Assembly (NCBI GenBank): GCA_049322915.1
Contig: JBMOPW010000007.1
Location: 64,001-128,000, forward strand
Direction of reading: 5' to 3'
Length of the DNA stretch: 64,000 nt
DNA from: Candidatus Zhuqueibacterota bacterium
Lineage (GTDB): Bacteria > Zhuqueibacterota > Zhuqueibacteria > Thermofontimicrobiales > Thermofontimicrobiaceae
Position 1 is the first letter of the stretch. The number at the start of each line of letters is the position of its first letter. The translations under genes were made by a program, and so were the position numbers. Below the pieces are notes generated by a model that ran no database searches, was not told the origin of the DNA, and saw only the letters and a program-made list of their open reading frames with translations. Below, piece after piece: positions 1 to 8,431 of this stretch.

Positions 1-649
1 TAAGGCAGCCCCGCGACAGTGCAAGGCCTTCCACGGCGCCGGCGATTTCGCGTTCGACCATGCCTGGCTGCGACTGCTTCATGGCCAGGGCGTACATATC
101 GTAACTCACATCCAAAGCCATTTCGATCTGTTCAATTTCAGCCTCCGATTTGATAGAGCGCTGAGCCACGACTGCGGCGATCAATTCTTTGGATGCGTAG
201 TCATTCACCAGCGATGTGTGAATTCCGGAGAGTCGCTCCATCCTGATGATGTTGTCGAAGCGATACTGCGGCAGGTAATGGATTCTTCGGCCCGTCCGGA
301 GGCCATCTTTGATGGCGGTCTCCAACTGATTCAACGCGCTGGTTTTGGCGACGCCGATTCGTTTCGCCTTGTCCGCCAATTTTTCCTGAGGCCCCATCCA
401 GATGATGTCGTCTATTTCGAAATCATAGCCGAACACTGTTTCCTCACCGCTATCGGCGTCGATGAGAGCGGCAAAGCCGGGCGAGTCGATTCCCCAATAA
501 TAAAGGAAGGTGCTATCCTGGCGGTAGGCAAAGGTGTTGGCCGGATAGTTCATCGGGCTTTCTTCATTGCCTAAAAATAATATCAGCCCGGATGATATTT
601 TTTTCTTCAATTGTTTTCTGCGTTCAACGTACACTTTGGTTTCGAACAT
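1..649 (-). CDS. Xaa-Pro aminopeptidase (aminopeptidase P family); 3' end lies outside the window
   Basis: Not in the ORF track. Manual translation from ATG at 649 (AGGAGG RBS): MFETKVYVERRKQLKKKISSGLILFLGNEESPMNYPANTFAYRQDSTFLYYWGIDSPG...IWMGP...QRSIKSEAEIEQIE, typical of the AMP_N domain and the start of the M24 domain. Confidence 0.85.
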   Translation of the reverse strand, partial: MFETKVYVERRKQLKKKISSGLILFLGNEESPMNYPANTFAYRQDSTFLYYWGIDSPGFAALIDADSGEETVFGYDFEIDDIIWMGPQEKLADKAKRIGVAKTSALNQLETAIKDGLRTGRRIHYLPQYRFDNIIRMERLSGIHTSLVNDYASKELIAAVVAQRSIKSEAEIEQIEMALDVSYDMYALAMKQSQPGMVEREIAGAVEGLALSRGCL

Positions 650-728
650 GTTTTCCTCCTCGTTGATGACGGATAATTCATTCTGAAATTATTTCAAAGA
701 ATGTAACGGTTCAGCCTTCAAATCTTAA

Positions 729-876
729 GTAATCGTTCACAGGTTCATCGTTCCGGGCTCAAGGTTAATGATAACGTACAGTTGATGACGAACTATTTGC
801 GCATAAAAAATGTTATGCGCAACCATATCCAAAACCCCATCCGGGAACGCTGAACCCGGAACCTGTGAACGGCTAC
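729..876. mobile_element. 148-bp MITE, GTAA-ended (IS66-like), copy 1
   Basis: TIRs GTAATCGTTCACAGGTTC / GAACCTGTGAACGGCTAC (16/18). Perfect 8-bp direct repeat AATCTTAA at 721-728 and 877-884. About 90% identical to 8175-8315. Confidence 0.9.
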
Positions 877-979
877 AATCTTAAAGGCGCAATGCGATAG
901 AACACCTGAACTTCTGAAATGAAATGCCAAATGAGCGTTATTATTTTACTGCTGCTGATTTATCCCGGATGACAGCCTT

Positions 980-3064
980 TCATTCCACAATGATTTCATC
1001 CACAAAAAGCCAGGCTTTGCCTCCGCCGCCTTTGTGCCATTGGGGGCAGACGCCGATGTTCGTCGCGCGGACGCGAACGAACTGCGCCGGGACGCGATCA
1101 AATTCGCGGCTGATATTTTGAATGATCATGCCGTCTTTGTTCTGCGCTACATTGTGCGCGACGGTCGCTGTCTCCGTGAACTCCTGCCCATCAAGGGACA
1201 GGCTATATTCCACGGACGTGGGCAGCCAGATCCAGGAGTCGATATTCTGCAAAAAGCCGCTGGTTATTTTTTGAACCGGAACCGGTTTGCCCAGGTCCAC
1301 CACTGCCTCGAAATTTTCCTGCTCAAACCCTAACCACTTTCCATCACGAAAATCGCCGGAGCCGCGCTCCCAATCGCCCAGCGTCAATTCGCCCTGGCCG
1401 GGATAGCGCTCACTTGCCGGCTGTTTCAACTGGATGCGTTTGTATTTATTGGCCAGAATGAACTGCGCGGCGGCGGTCTCGCTTTTCACATATCCCTGCC
1501 TGAACGCGGCCGCCCGGACGGTGGTAGTCGTCGAGAGCTGAATCGCCTCGTGATACAGGAGGGAGTTCATGTCCGGCTCGGACCCGTCCAGCGTATACCG
1601 GATCTGCGCGCCCTCGGTCGCCGAGTTCAGTGTCATGGCGACGTTTTCGGAAAAAAGGAGTGAGGAAAGATTCTGCTTCTGCGGGCTGCTCACAACCGGC
1701 TTTTCAGCGACACTCGGCTGGGCGCCTTTGATTTTGAAACAAAAGGCGTGTTTCATCGGACGCCCGGCTTCTTCCATCAGCGATTCAGGCAGGTGAATGG
1801 TCAGTCCCTGGGTTGCGTCGTAGTCCCAGTCCAGAGCGTGGGGGTGACCCAGCAGGAAAATTTCCGAACTCTCCTCCGGGATGACGTACTTGAACGTGAT
1901 GTGCGGGCCCGGCCACTGAAGAGCACAGGCGTAAATGTGTTTTTTATCATGGCTTTGAATGTAGCGGATCGATTCGCCTTCGCGATAAAATGGCAGGCGG
2001 TGAGTCCCGTAAATCACCTCACTGTGGATTTTCATCCATTCGCCGATTTCCCGAAGCCGGTCGGTGCTGGGCTGCGGAATGAGTCCTTCTGAGGTCGGCC
2101 CGACATTCAGCAGGAAATTTCCACCTTTGGCGGCAATGTCCACCAGATGATGCACGAGCATCTCCGGCGATTTCCAATGATCGTCCTGAGCATTGAATCC
2201 CCAGTGATCGTTCATCGTCATGCACGATTCCCAATCTATGGTGGAAGCGGATTGCAGCACCTCCTGCTCCGGCGTTCCGAAATCGCCGGCCGCGCCCTCG
2301 TAGGTATTCATGCCCTGCATGCCGGAGCGGCCCTTGCCCACCCGATTGTTGATGATGATGTCCGGCTGAAGATTTCGCACATAATTGTAAAGCTCCCGGC
2401 CCTGATCCTCGGTCCACTCGTCGATCCACTCGCCATCAAACCACAGCACGCCAGGTTTGCCGTACCCGTTCACGAGTTCCCTGAGTTGCGGTTTGAGATA
2501 GTTCTCCCTGTATTGGGGAAAATTTTCGCCCCGGGCATCCGGGTGATGCCAATCCATAATGGAGTGATAAAAACATAATTTGATGCCCTGGTCGCGGCAG
2601 GCAACGGCCAGTTCATGAAGCACATCGCGCTTGAACGGCGTGCGGTCGATGATGTCGTAATCCGAGACCCGGGAATTCCAGAGACAGAATCCATCGTGAT
2701 GCTTGGACGTGATGACGATGTATTTCATGCCCGCATTTTTTGCAATCTGCACCCACTCGTCCGCGTTAAATTTTACCGGATTAAATTGCGTCGCGTACTG
2801 CTCGTACTCCTGAACCGGGATATGGGCGGTTTCCATGATCCATTCGGCGTGACCGCCTTCGCCTTTGTAAACGCCGGCCGGCACGGAATAAATGCCCCAG
2901 TGAATGAACATGCCAAACCGCGCCTCGCGCCACCAGGCCATTCGTTCGTCAAACTGCTGCCGCGGTTCATTCAGATAATTTTTCTGCTGCGGATGGGAAC
3001 AACTCAGGAGACCAGTCAGGAAAATTCCAAATCCAATCATGAGGAGGAACAGATTACCTTTCAT
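980..3064 (-). CDS. GH29 alpha-L-fucosidase, probable lipoprotein, with C-terminal Fn3-associated/chitobiase and F5/8-type domains
   Basis: Motifs RFGMFIHWG, TSKHHDGF, LWFDGEW, NFLLNVGP; IRYTLDGSEP. Likely start MKGNLF at 3064, lipobox LLSC. Confidence 0.92.
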   Translation of the reverse strand: MKGNLFLLMIGFGIFLTGLLSCSHPQQKNYLNEPRQQFDERMAWWREARFGMFIHWGIYSVPAGVYKGEGGHAEWIMETAHIPVQEYEQYATQFNPVKFNADEWVQIAKNAGMKYIVITSKHHDGFCLWNSRVSDYDIIDRTPFKRDVLHELAVACRDQGIKLCFYHSIMDWHHPDARGENFPQYRENYLKPQLRELVNGYGKPGVLWFDGEWIDEWTEDQGRELYNYVRNLQPDIIINNRVGKGRSGMQGMNTYEGAAGDFGTPEQEVLQSASTIDWESCMTMNDHWGFNAQDDHWKSPEMLVHHLVDIAAKGGNFLLNVGPTSEGLIPQPSTDRLREIGEWMKIHSEVIYGTHRLPFYREGESIRYIQSHDKKHIYACALQWPGPHITFKYVIPEESSEIFLLGHPHALDWDYDATQGLTIHLPESLMEEAGRPMKHAFCFKIKGAQPSVAEKPVVSSPQKQNLSSLLFSENVAMTLNSATEGAQIRYTLDGSEPDMNSLLYHEAIQLSTTTTVRAAAFRQGYVKSETAAAQFILANKYKRIQLKQPASERYPGQGELTLGDWERGSGDFRDGKWLGFEQENFEAVVDLGKPVPVQKITSGFLQNIDSWIWLPTSVEYSLSLDGQEFTETATVAHNVAQNKDGMIIQNISREFDRVPAQFVRVRATNIGVCPQWHKGGGGKAWLFVDEIIVE

Positions 3065-4874
3065 TGCTTCGCCCTTCGTTAAGTTGATGGATGTTGCCGC
3101 TGATTCGAAATACCCACGCGTGTTCGCACGGCAATTCGTTGCAACTGATCTGCGATGTATCAATCCGCAGACGGTTGTTTTTATACTGCCATGATAAATC
3201 GCGATGCAAGCCCACAAGGGCCACTCGCGCGTCCCGTTGCGGACGGCCCACCGGCAGAACCAGTTCCTTGCCCGGCCACTCCAGACAAATTGCGTACAGA
3301 TTGCCGTGATGGGTCGTGTAGCACAGATAATGCCCCTCGGATTCGTATCGGCCGTTCAGGCCATCGCCGCTGCCGGCGCTCTGGTTCGAGGTGAATAAAT
3401 GCGCCCCGGGGACGATCTCTCCGGGCTGGCGCGGACTCTCCCAGTAAAGCTGTATCGATGCGTTCTGCTTCCTCTCAATGAACCGGATTTTAATGGGGTA
3501 TTTTTTGAATGCAGTCACGTGCATGCGGCCGCTTCGCTCCTGGCTGGTCCCGGCGAATTCGGCGTCGGGAATGGCGCGGCCATCGATCCAGACTTCGGCG
3601 CTGTCATCGGCGTGGATCGTGAATCGATATTCCTCAGAAAATTCAGGTTGAATGAAGCCGGTCCAGGTGACGGAAAAATCATCTTCCGCAATGGGCGTGC
3701 CCGGCGAATTTCGCACCCAGTCAAAATCGATCGCCGAATCGATGCGCTCCAGAAAATAGGATTTGGTCTCGCCGGTCTTGGCCCAGGGCTTTGATCCATA
3801 AATCGCTTCGCCATTGACTTGCAACCATCGTCCCAGTTGAACGAGCCGTTCCTGTTGCAGCAGTGGAATCTGGCCGTCGGCGCCGGGCCCGACATTCAGC
3901 GTCATGCCGCCGCCGTGAGCGACTGCCTTCACGAAAAAGTGAATCAATTCCGACGCCGATAGGTAGGCGTCCAGTTTTTCGTTGCGGTTCAGTCCAAAGG
4001 AGCGACCCAGACCTCGGCATTCAGCCCAGGGGCGATCGGTGATATGAATGCCGGCGCTGTACTCCGGCGTCAAAAATCCGATGTCGCTGCCCGCGCCCCA
4101 GCGATTATTCACAATGGCGTCCGGGCCGACAAGATTGTAGTACCAGGCAATCAACTCCGGCGCGTGCCAGGTTTCAGCGGAATGAAACCACTCGCCGTCG
4201 GTGAAAAGGACTTCGGGCCGGTACGCCGAGATCAATTCCCTGAACTGCGGAATCATGTGCTGTTCCACGTAAGGGCCAATCTGATCGTTGGGATCGGTGT
4301 ACCATCGGAAAAGTCGGTTATTCCACTCCGGCAGGGAGTAGTAGAGACCCATTTTCAGCCCGGCGTTTCGCACCGCCGCGCTCAGCTCGCCGACAATATC
4401 ACGGCGCGGCCCCACGTCGCTGCTGTTCCAGCCGGGCGCGTATCGGCTGGGCCAGAGACAATAGCCGTCGTGATGTTTGGAGACGAGGATCACGTATCGG
4501 GCGCCGCTTCGGGCAAATAGCTGCGCCCATTCATTCGCCTCGAACAATTCAGCTTTGAACAGCGGGGCGTAATCGCGATAGGTGAAATTTTCGCCAAAAG
4601 CGCGCTTCTGAAATTGGATGCGAGCCGAATCGCCGCTCTCCAGCCCTCGCAGAAACCACTCCGCGTACTGCTCCCGGCCGCTCCAGGCCGGGACCGAATA
4701 GACGCCCCAATGGATGAAAATGCCCAATTTGGCGTCGCTGAACCACTGTGGGTAGGGTCGCGATTTCAATGATTCCCACGTGGCCTGGTAGATGGTGTTT
4801 TCCTGAGCTGCAACGCGCAGAGGCAGAATAAGAATTCCAATGAAAACAAACCAGGTCATGAGTTTCGATTTCAT
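3054..4874 (-). CDS. GH29 alpha-L-fucosidase with inserted PA14 domain
   Basis: Motifs KLGIFIHWG, VSKHHDGY, LFTDGEW, MTLNVGP. PA14-like segment IDFDW...DDFSVTWTGFIQP...HADDSAEVWIDG...LYWESP. Signal peptide present. Confidence 0.92.
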   Translation of the reverse strand: MKSKLMTWFVFIGILILPLRVAAQENTIYQATWESLKSRPYPQWFSDAKLGIFIHWGVYSVPAWSGREQYAEWFLRGLESGDSARIQFQKRAFGENFTYRDYAPLFKAELFEANEWAQLFARSGARYVILVSKHHDGYCLWPSRYAPGWNSSDVGPRRDIVGELSAAVRNAGLKMGLYYSLPEWNNRLFRWYTDPNDQIGPYVEQHMIPQFRELISAYRPEVLFTDGEWFHSAETWHAPELIAWYYNLVGPDAIVNNRWGAGSDIGFLTPEYSAGIHITDRPWAECRGLGRSFGLNRNEKLDAYLSASELIHFFVKAVAHGGGMTLNVGPGADGQIPLLQQERLVQLGRWLQVNGEAIYGSKPWAKTGETKSYFLERIDSAIDFDWVRNSPGTPIAEDDFSVTWTGFIQPEFSEEYRFTIHADDSAEVWIDGRAIPDAEFAGTSQERSGRMHVTAFKKYPIKIRFIERKQNASIQLYWESPRQPGEIVPGAHLFTSNQSAGSGDGLNGRYESEGHYLCYTTHHGNLYAICLEWPGKELVLPVGRPQRDARVALVGLHRDLSWQYKNNRLRIDTSQISCNELPCEHAWVFRISGNIHQLNEGRSNER

Positions 4875-5200
4875 AGGCGACCCCCTGACTCGTGAGTCAG
4901 CGTTGCCTGTGTGAGCGAAGCCAGTGGCCGGCTTTCCACTTCGGGCAATCTGTGGAAATTTGTCTGCCGGGGTGCGTTGGATGGATTAGCAAAGGGATGG
5001 TGTCGGTGCTGCGGCGCGCGGATGGGAAAGGCGTCAGGCCGGGAAACAGATCGGCTGCGTGAAAGGCCGCGGAGTGCGTTGGTTGTACAGATGAAGATAC
5101 CTGGAAAAAATCCGTTGGATTTGTTCATTCAAAAACCTCTTGTTCAGCTATGTTATGCCGCCGTTTGTTTTTAAAAACACGGTGCATTTATGTTAGCTAA

Positions 5201-5361
5201 CCTGCATTATTCATCGTACTTTTAAAGGAGGCTGGCTAACCTGAATGGTGCTCTTTTTAGAATAAACATATAAAAACTGAGTTTCAAAATAGCTTAGTCT
5301 TTAGCTAATTGAAAATCTGAATGTTGACTCAAATTATGAGCAAGTTCATGAATAATTCAGG
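5201..5361. mobile_element. 161-bp MITE family 2 (CC-ended, 4-bp CTAA duplication; IS1380-like ends), copy 1
   Basis: TIRs CCTGCATTATTCAT / ATGAATAATTCAGG (13/14). CTAA on both sides (5197-5200, 5362-5365). 12 mismatches in 161 nt against the inverted copy at 61078-61238. Confidence 0.88.
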
Positions 5362-6360
5362 CTAAATATTCAACACCGACTCAAGACTTGCTCTGAATTG
5401 GTTTTCATCTTCGTTGTTGTAAAACTGTACGCCAACCAAGCGGTACTTTTTGTCTTCAAGCGTCAGCAATTTGGTTTCAAACTCTGATTTGATTGTATTG
5501 AGAAAATTCAGTTTCCACGGCTCGGCTTTTTGCAGTATCTTTGCTTTTGGCTCGATGAAAAGCTGGTAAGTGAGTAGCCTGCCGCTTTTCTCTCGCAGGA
5601 ACAAAACAAAGTCTGGCTGGAAGGCTTGACCATTGGCATAGTTGTAGATTGCAAAATGCCCTTCGTTGCGCAGAAGATAGATATGCTCGTATTGCGCTTG
5701 TAGTTTTTGCATGTGTCTGTCCAGCATACGCACAAAGGCTTTTTCTTCGCTCGTTCCGTAGATGGTGTTGAAGGCAAACCAATCTTTGTCGGAGACGAAA
5801 TGCTCAAACTGCGTGTCGTCTGCGGCGCGAGGGTTTTTGGCGTCGAATTTTAGCGCCTTGTCTTTGAAGATTTCATGCACCCAATTGCGTCTGAAGTCTC
5901 GCGTGCCTTCGTAGTCGGTGATTTGCTGGCGGATTTCGGCTTCGATTTGACTCATCAGGCCCGACACGGCGGCGAGTTTTTCAGAGCGGTTGTCGTCCAG
6001 CCAGTACATATTGCCCTGAAAGGTGATTTCCAGCCCGCCGAGAAAATCGTCCGATGCGATAAAGTCGCGAATGGAGGCCAGATGGGGAAAATAGCGTTTG
6101 AGTGAGGCAAAGGTAAAGAACGGGTTGCGCGCGATGGCAGATTGAACGATGTTGCGCTCGATGTCTCGCACCTTTACGTCCTGACGGGTTTCGTCTTCCA
6201 CCACCCAGCCTTTTTTCCCGCGCGAAGCGTCCAGCACGACGGTCGCGCCGCCGTGACCCGTGGCGATGACGTGGAGTTTTTGAATCGTGGTGAAGCAGAT
6301 ATTGATGTCGCTGGGGTTGACCGCTTCAAAGTTCTCGACAGGCGTCACGCGCACGCGGCG

Positions 6361-6384
6361 GCCTGCCCTGAGCGGAGCCGAAGG
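6361..6384. repeat. 24-bp REP-like repeat inserted in frame in res (copy A)
   Basis: GCCTGCCCTGAGCGGAGCCGAAGG, corresponding to the inserted peptide PSAPLRAG. Confidence 0.8.
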
Positions 6385-6404
6385 GTTGGCAATGTAAATA
6401 TCCT

Positions 6405-6428
6405 GCCTGTCCTGAGCGTAGCCGAAGG
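6405..6428. repeat. 24-bp REP-like repeat inserted in frame in res (copy B)
   Basis: GCCTGTCCTGAGCGTAGCCGAAGG, 22/24 identical to copy A and read in another phase (SFGYAQDR). Confidence 0.8.
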
Positions 6429-6799
6429 AATTGAACAGGTATTTGATGCTGCCGGGATTGAGGAAGTTGTCTTTGGTCTTTTCGATGATATTGGTGGAAT
6501 TAACAAAGAACAGGAAATTGCAATAGCCCTGCTCGTAAAGATAAAGAATCAAGCCCGCCATGATGAGCGTCTTGCCGCTGCCCGTCGCCATGTTGAACAG
6601 AAAATGCAGGGGATAGGTTTTGTCGGGAAAATGGTTTTTGTAACAATGGAAAAAGCGCGCAAAGGCATCCACCTGATAGGGACGCAGTTCGTATTTGGAG
6701 TTGAGATTTTGTGCGACACTGTCGGAGACTTCCGTTTTGAGAAAGCCCATGCTGGACGCCGCGTCAAGACGTTCGTAGAGAAACTGTTCGATCATGGCG

Positions 6800-7375
6800 T
6801 TACTCTGCCTCCCGCAAGGCGCGTTCCAGCAGGTCGTTCACTCGGAGTTCGCCCGCCCACTTCCGCAGGTAGTCCAGTTCGAGTTCGCCGGCGCGGGTTT
6901 TCAATACACCAAGGATATCGCGCCATTGACGCTCGGAGACTTCGCCGCCCAGGCGATAACATTCCAGTTTTGCCAGAACAATATCTTCGGGACTGACCAC
7001 ATACACACTTTGTTCGGGATCAGCAGCAATGACCAACGTTCTGCGCCGTTCGAATTGCAATGCGTCGAAGGCGCGCAGTTTGCTGATGAAAATATCCACC
7101 TTGAAGGCGGTTTCATAATGGATCAGGTTGAAACTGCTGTGATGAGCGATGGCGTCGCGCATCATTTCATCGTCGGCGTAAAATTCTTTTGAGAGCGCGG
7201 CGACCAATGGCTGGACGTGTTTCACTTTCATATCCGCCACAATATCCACATCCAGCGTGGACCGCATAACGCCATGCAGGGAACTTGCCAGCGAACCACC
7301 CACTGCGTAGGGGATGCCGATCTGTTCAAGCGTTTGCGTGACGAGCAATGTAATCCGTGTGACTTCACCTTGCAT
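6800..7375 (-). CDS. Nucleotidyltransferase-fold putative toxin (MenT1/AbiEii-like)
   Basis: Likely start MQGEV at 7375. Motifs YAVGGSLA, RSTLDVDIV, KVDIF, SPEDIVLAKL, QWRDILGVL. Confidence 0.7.
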   Translation of the reverse strand: MQGEVTRITLLVTQTLEQIGIPYAVGGSLASSLHGVMRSTLDVDIVADMKVKHVQPLVAALSKEFYADDEMMRDAIAHHSSFNLIHYETAFKVDIFISKLRAFDALQFERRRTLVIAADPEQSVYVVSPEDIVLAKLECYRLGGEVSERQWRDILGVLKTRAGELELDYLRKWAGELRVNDLLERALREAE

Positions 7376-7610
7376 GTTTGTACACCTTTTCAGCCAATTC
7401 CGCGCCGAGTAACATTTCTGCCAGCATGCTGCGGAGTTGTTCGGGCCTCGCTTTGGGATGGCGCTGTCGAATATCGCCAAGCGCCAGCGCCTTGATGGTC
7501 TCGTTCAGGCTGTCCACCATAGCCATCTTTTTCCACGATGGCATGCGTCGAATCAATTCGATTTGCAGGGCTTCCATTTTGGGGTGGGTATCGGAATAGA
7601 GCGCAGTCAT
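7365..7610 (-). CDS. Small helical putative antitoxin (MenA1-like)
   Basis: 81 aa (SDTHP...IRQRHPKARPEQLR). Overlaps the NTase start by 11 nt and the mod stop by ATGA. Confidence 0.65.
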   Translation of the reverse strand: MTALYSDTHPKMEALQIELIRRMPSWKKMAMVDSLNETIKALALGDIRQRHPKARPEQLRSMLAEMLLGAELAEKVYKHAR

Positions 7611-8160
7611 AGATGTTCTCCGTAAAATGCCTTATTCAATGCTTTATCTTTCTCACTGACCTTGAACTGCACATCGTCAATCTCCGAAAGATTCACATAC
7701 AACTGATTCTTGTCCAGCAGTTCCGCCAGCAGATGTTTTTGCTTTTCCAGTCCGTTGGGTTCACTGCCCAATGCGATAAAGTCGTTCATTGCTTCTTCAG
7801 GCATTTCGGGGTTGACGTACCAGTTCAGGAACGAGCCCTCCGCCATCTCGCGCCAGATTTGCAGGAGTTCTTCGCTGGACTTGGCGGCCTGAATGCGCTC
7901 CATGAAGGCTTCGTTGTATTTCATCAGTTCGCCGTAGATGAAATCGCCGCCGCCCTGCCAATTGACGGATTTGGAGATGCCGCCCTGTTCGCCCGCGATG
8001 ACTTTCTTCAAGCGTTCAACAGGAATGGTTTCAATGTAGTCCATCTGCTCAATGCCGATATATTGCCTGCCCATTTTGTGGGCAACTGCAGTTGTAGACC
8101 CAGACCCCGTGCAAAAATCCAAAACCAAATCATTCTCGATTGTAGAAATGCGGACGCGTT
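7607..8160 (-). pseudogene. mod: C-terminal fragment of a type III RM Mod (adenine methyltransferase) subunit
   Basis: ISTIENDLVLDFCTGSGSTTAVAHKMGRQYIGIEQMDY...GEQGGISKSVNWQGGGDF (SAM-binding motif I). The catalytic DPPY half is absent, and the ORF-track start lies inside a MITE. Confidence 0.85.
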
Positions 8161-8174
8161 GCTGCTGCCACAAA

Positions 8175-8315
8175 GTAACCGCTCGCAGGTTCATCGTTCA
8201 AGGTTAATGATAACGTACAGTTGATAACGGACTCGTTGAGCATACAAAATGTTTCGCGCAACCAAATCCAAAACCCCAACCGGGAACGCTGAACCCGGAA
8301 CCTGTGAACGGTTAC
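8175..8315. mobile_element. 141-bp MITE, GTAA-ended (IS66-like), copy 2
   Basis: TIRs GTAACCGCTCGCAGGTTC / GAACCTGTGAACGGTTAC. Perfect 8-bp direct repeat GCCACAAA at 8167-8174 and 8316-8323. Confidence 0.9.
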
Positions 8316-8431
8316 GCCACAAATATAGTAAATGAGAATAAAAGAATCAATTAATTACTTGAAATATTTTAAAAATTTTCTTAAGTTGGGCGAGTTGGAG
8401 AATCATCGAAACGTACCGGGAAAGGGAAGTA

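Larger units (their letters stand above)
5362..6795 (-). pseudogene. res: Type III restriction enzyme Res subunit with in-frame loss of most of the helicase core
   Basis: Q motif LRPYQ, Walker A MATGSGKT and C-terminal PD-(D/E)xK nuclease (FQPDFVLF...FIEPK) are present. There is no DEAH box or motifs III-VI after FTTIQKLH, and the ORF is only 477 aa. Confidence 0.8.

Noticed and set aside
218..574. 118-aa plus-strand ORF
   Set aside because: It is antisense to the partial aminopeptidase P gene that the ORF track missed because that gene runs off the window.
703..912. Possible outer element starting GTAACGGTTCAG around MITE copy 1
   Set aside because: Only CTGAAC matches on the right side and there is no target duplication, so it cannot be supported.
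4871..5128. 85-aa ORF overlapping the fucosidase start (ATGA)
   Set aside because: It has a weak RBS and a coupling-like overlap, but no recognisable motif and an unstructured composition; left uncalled.
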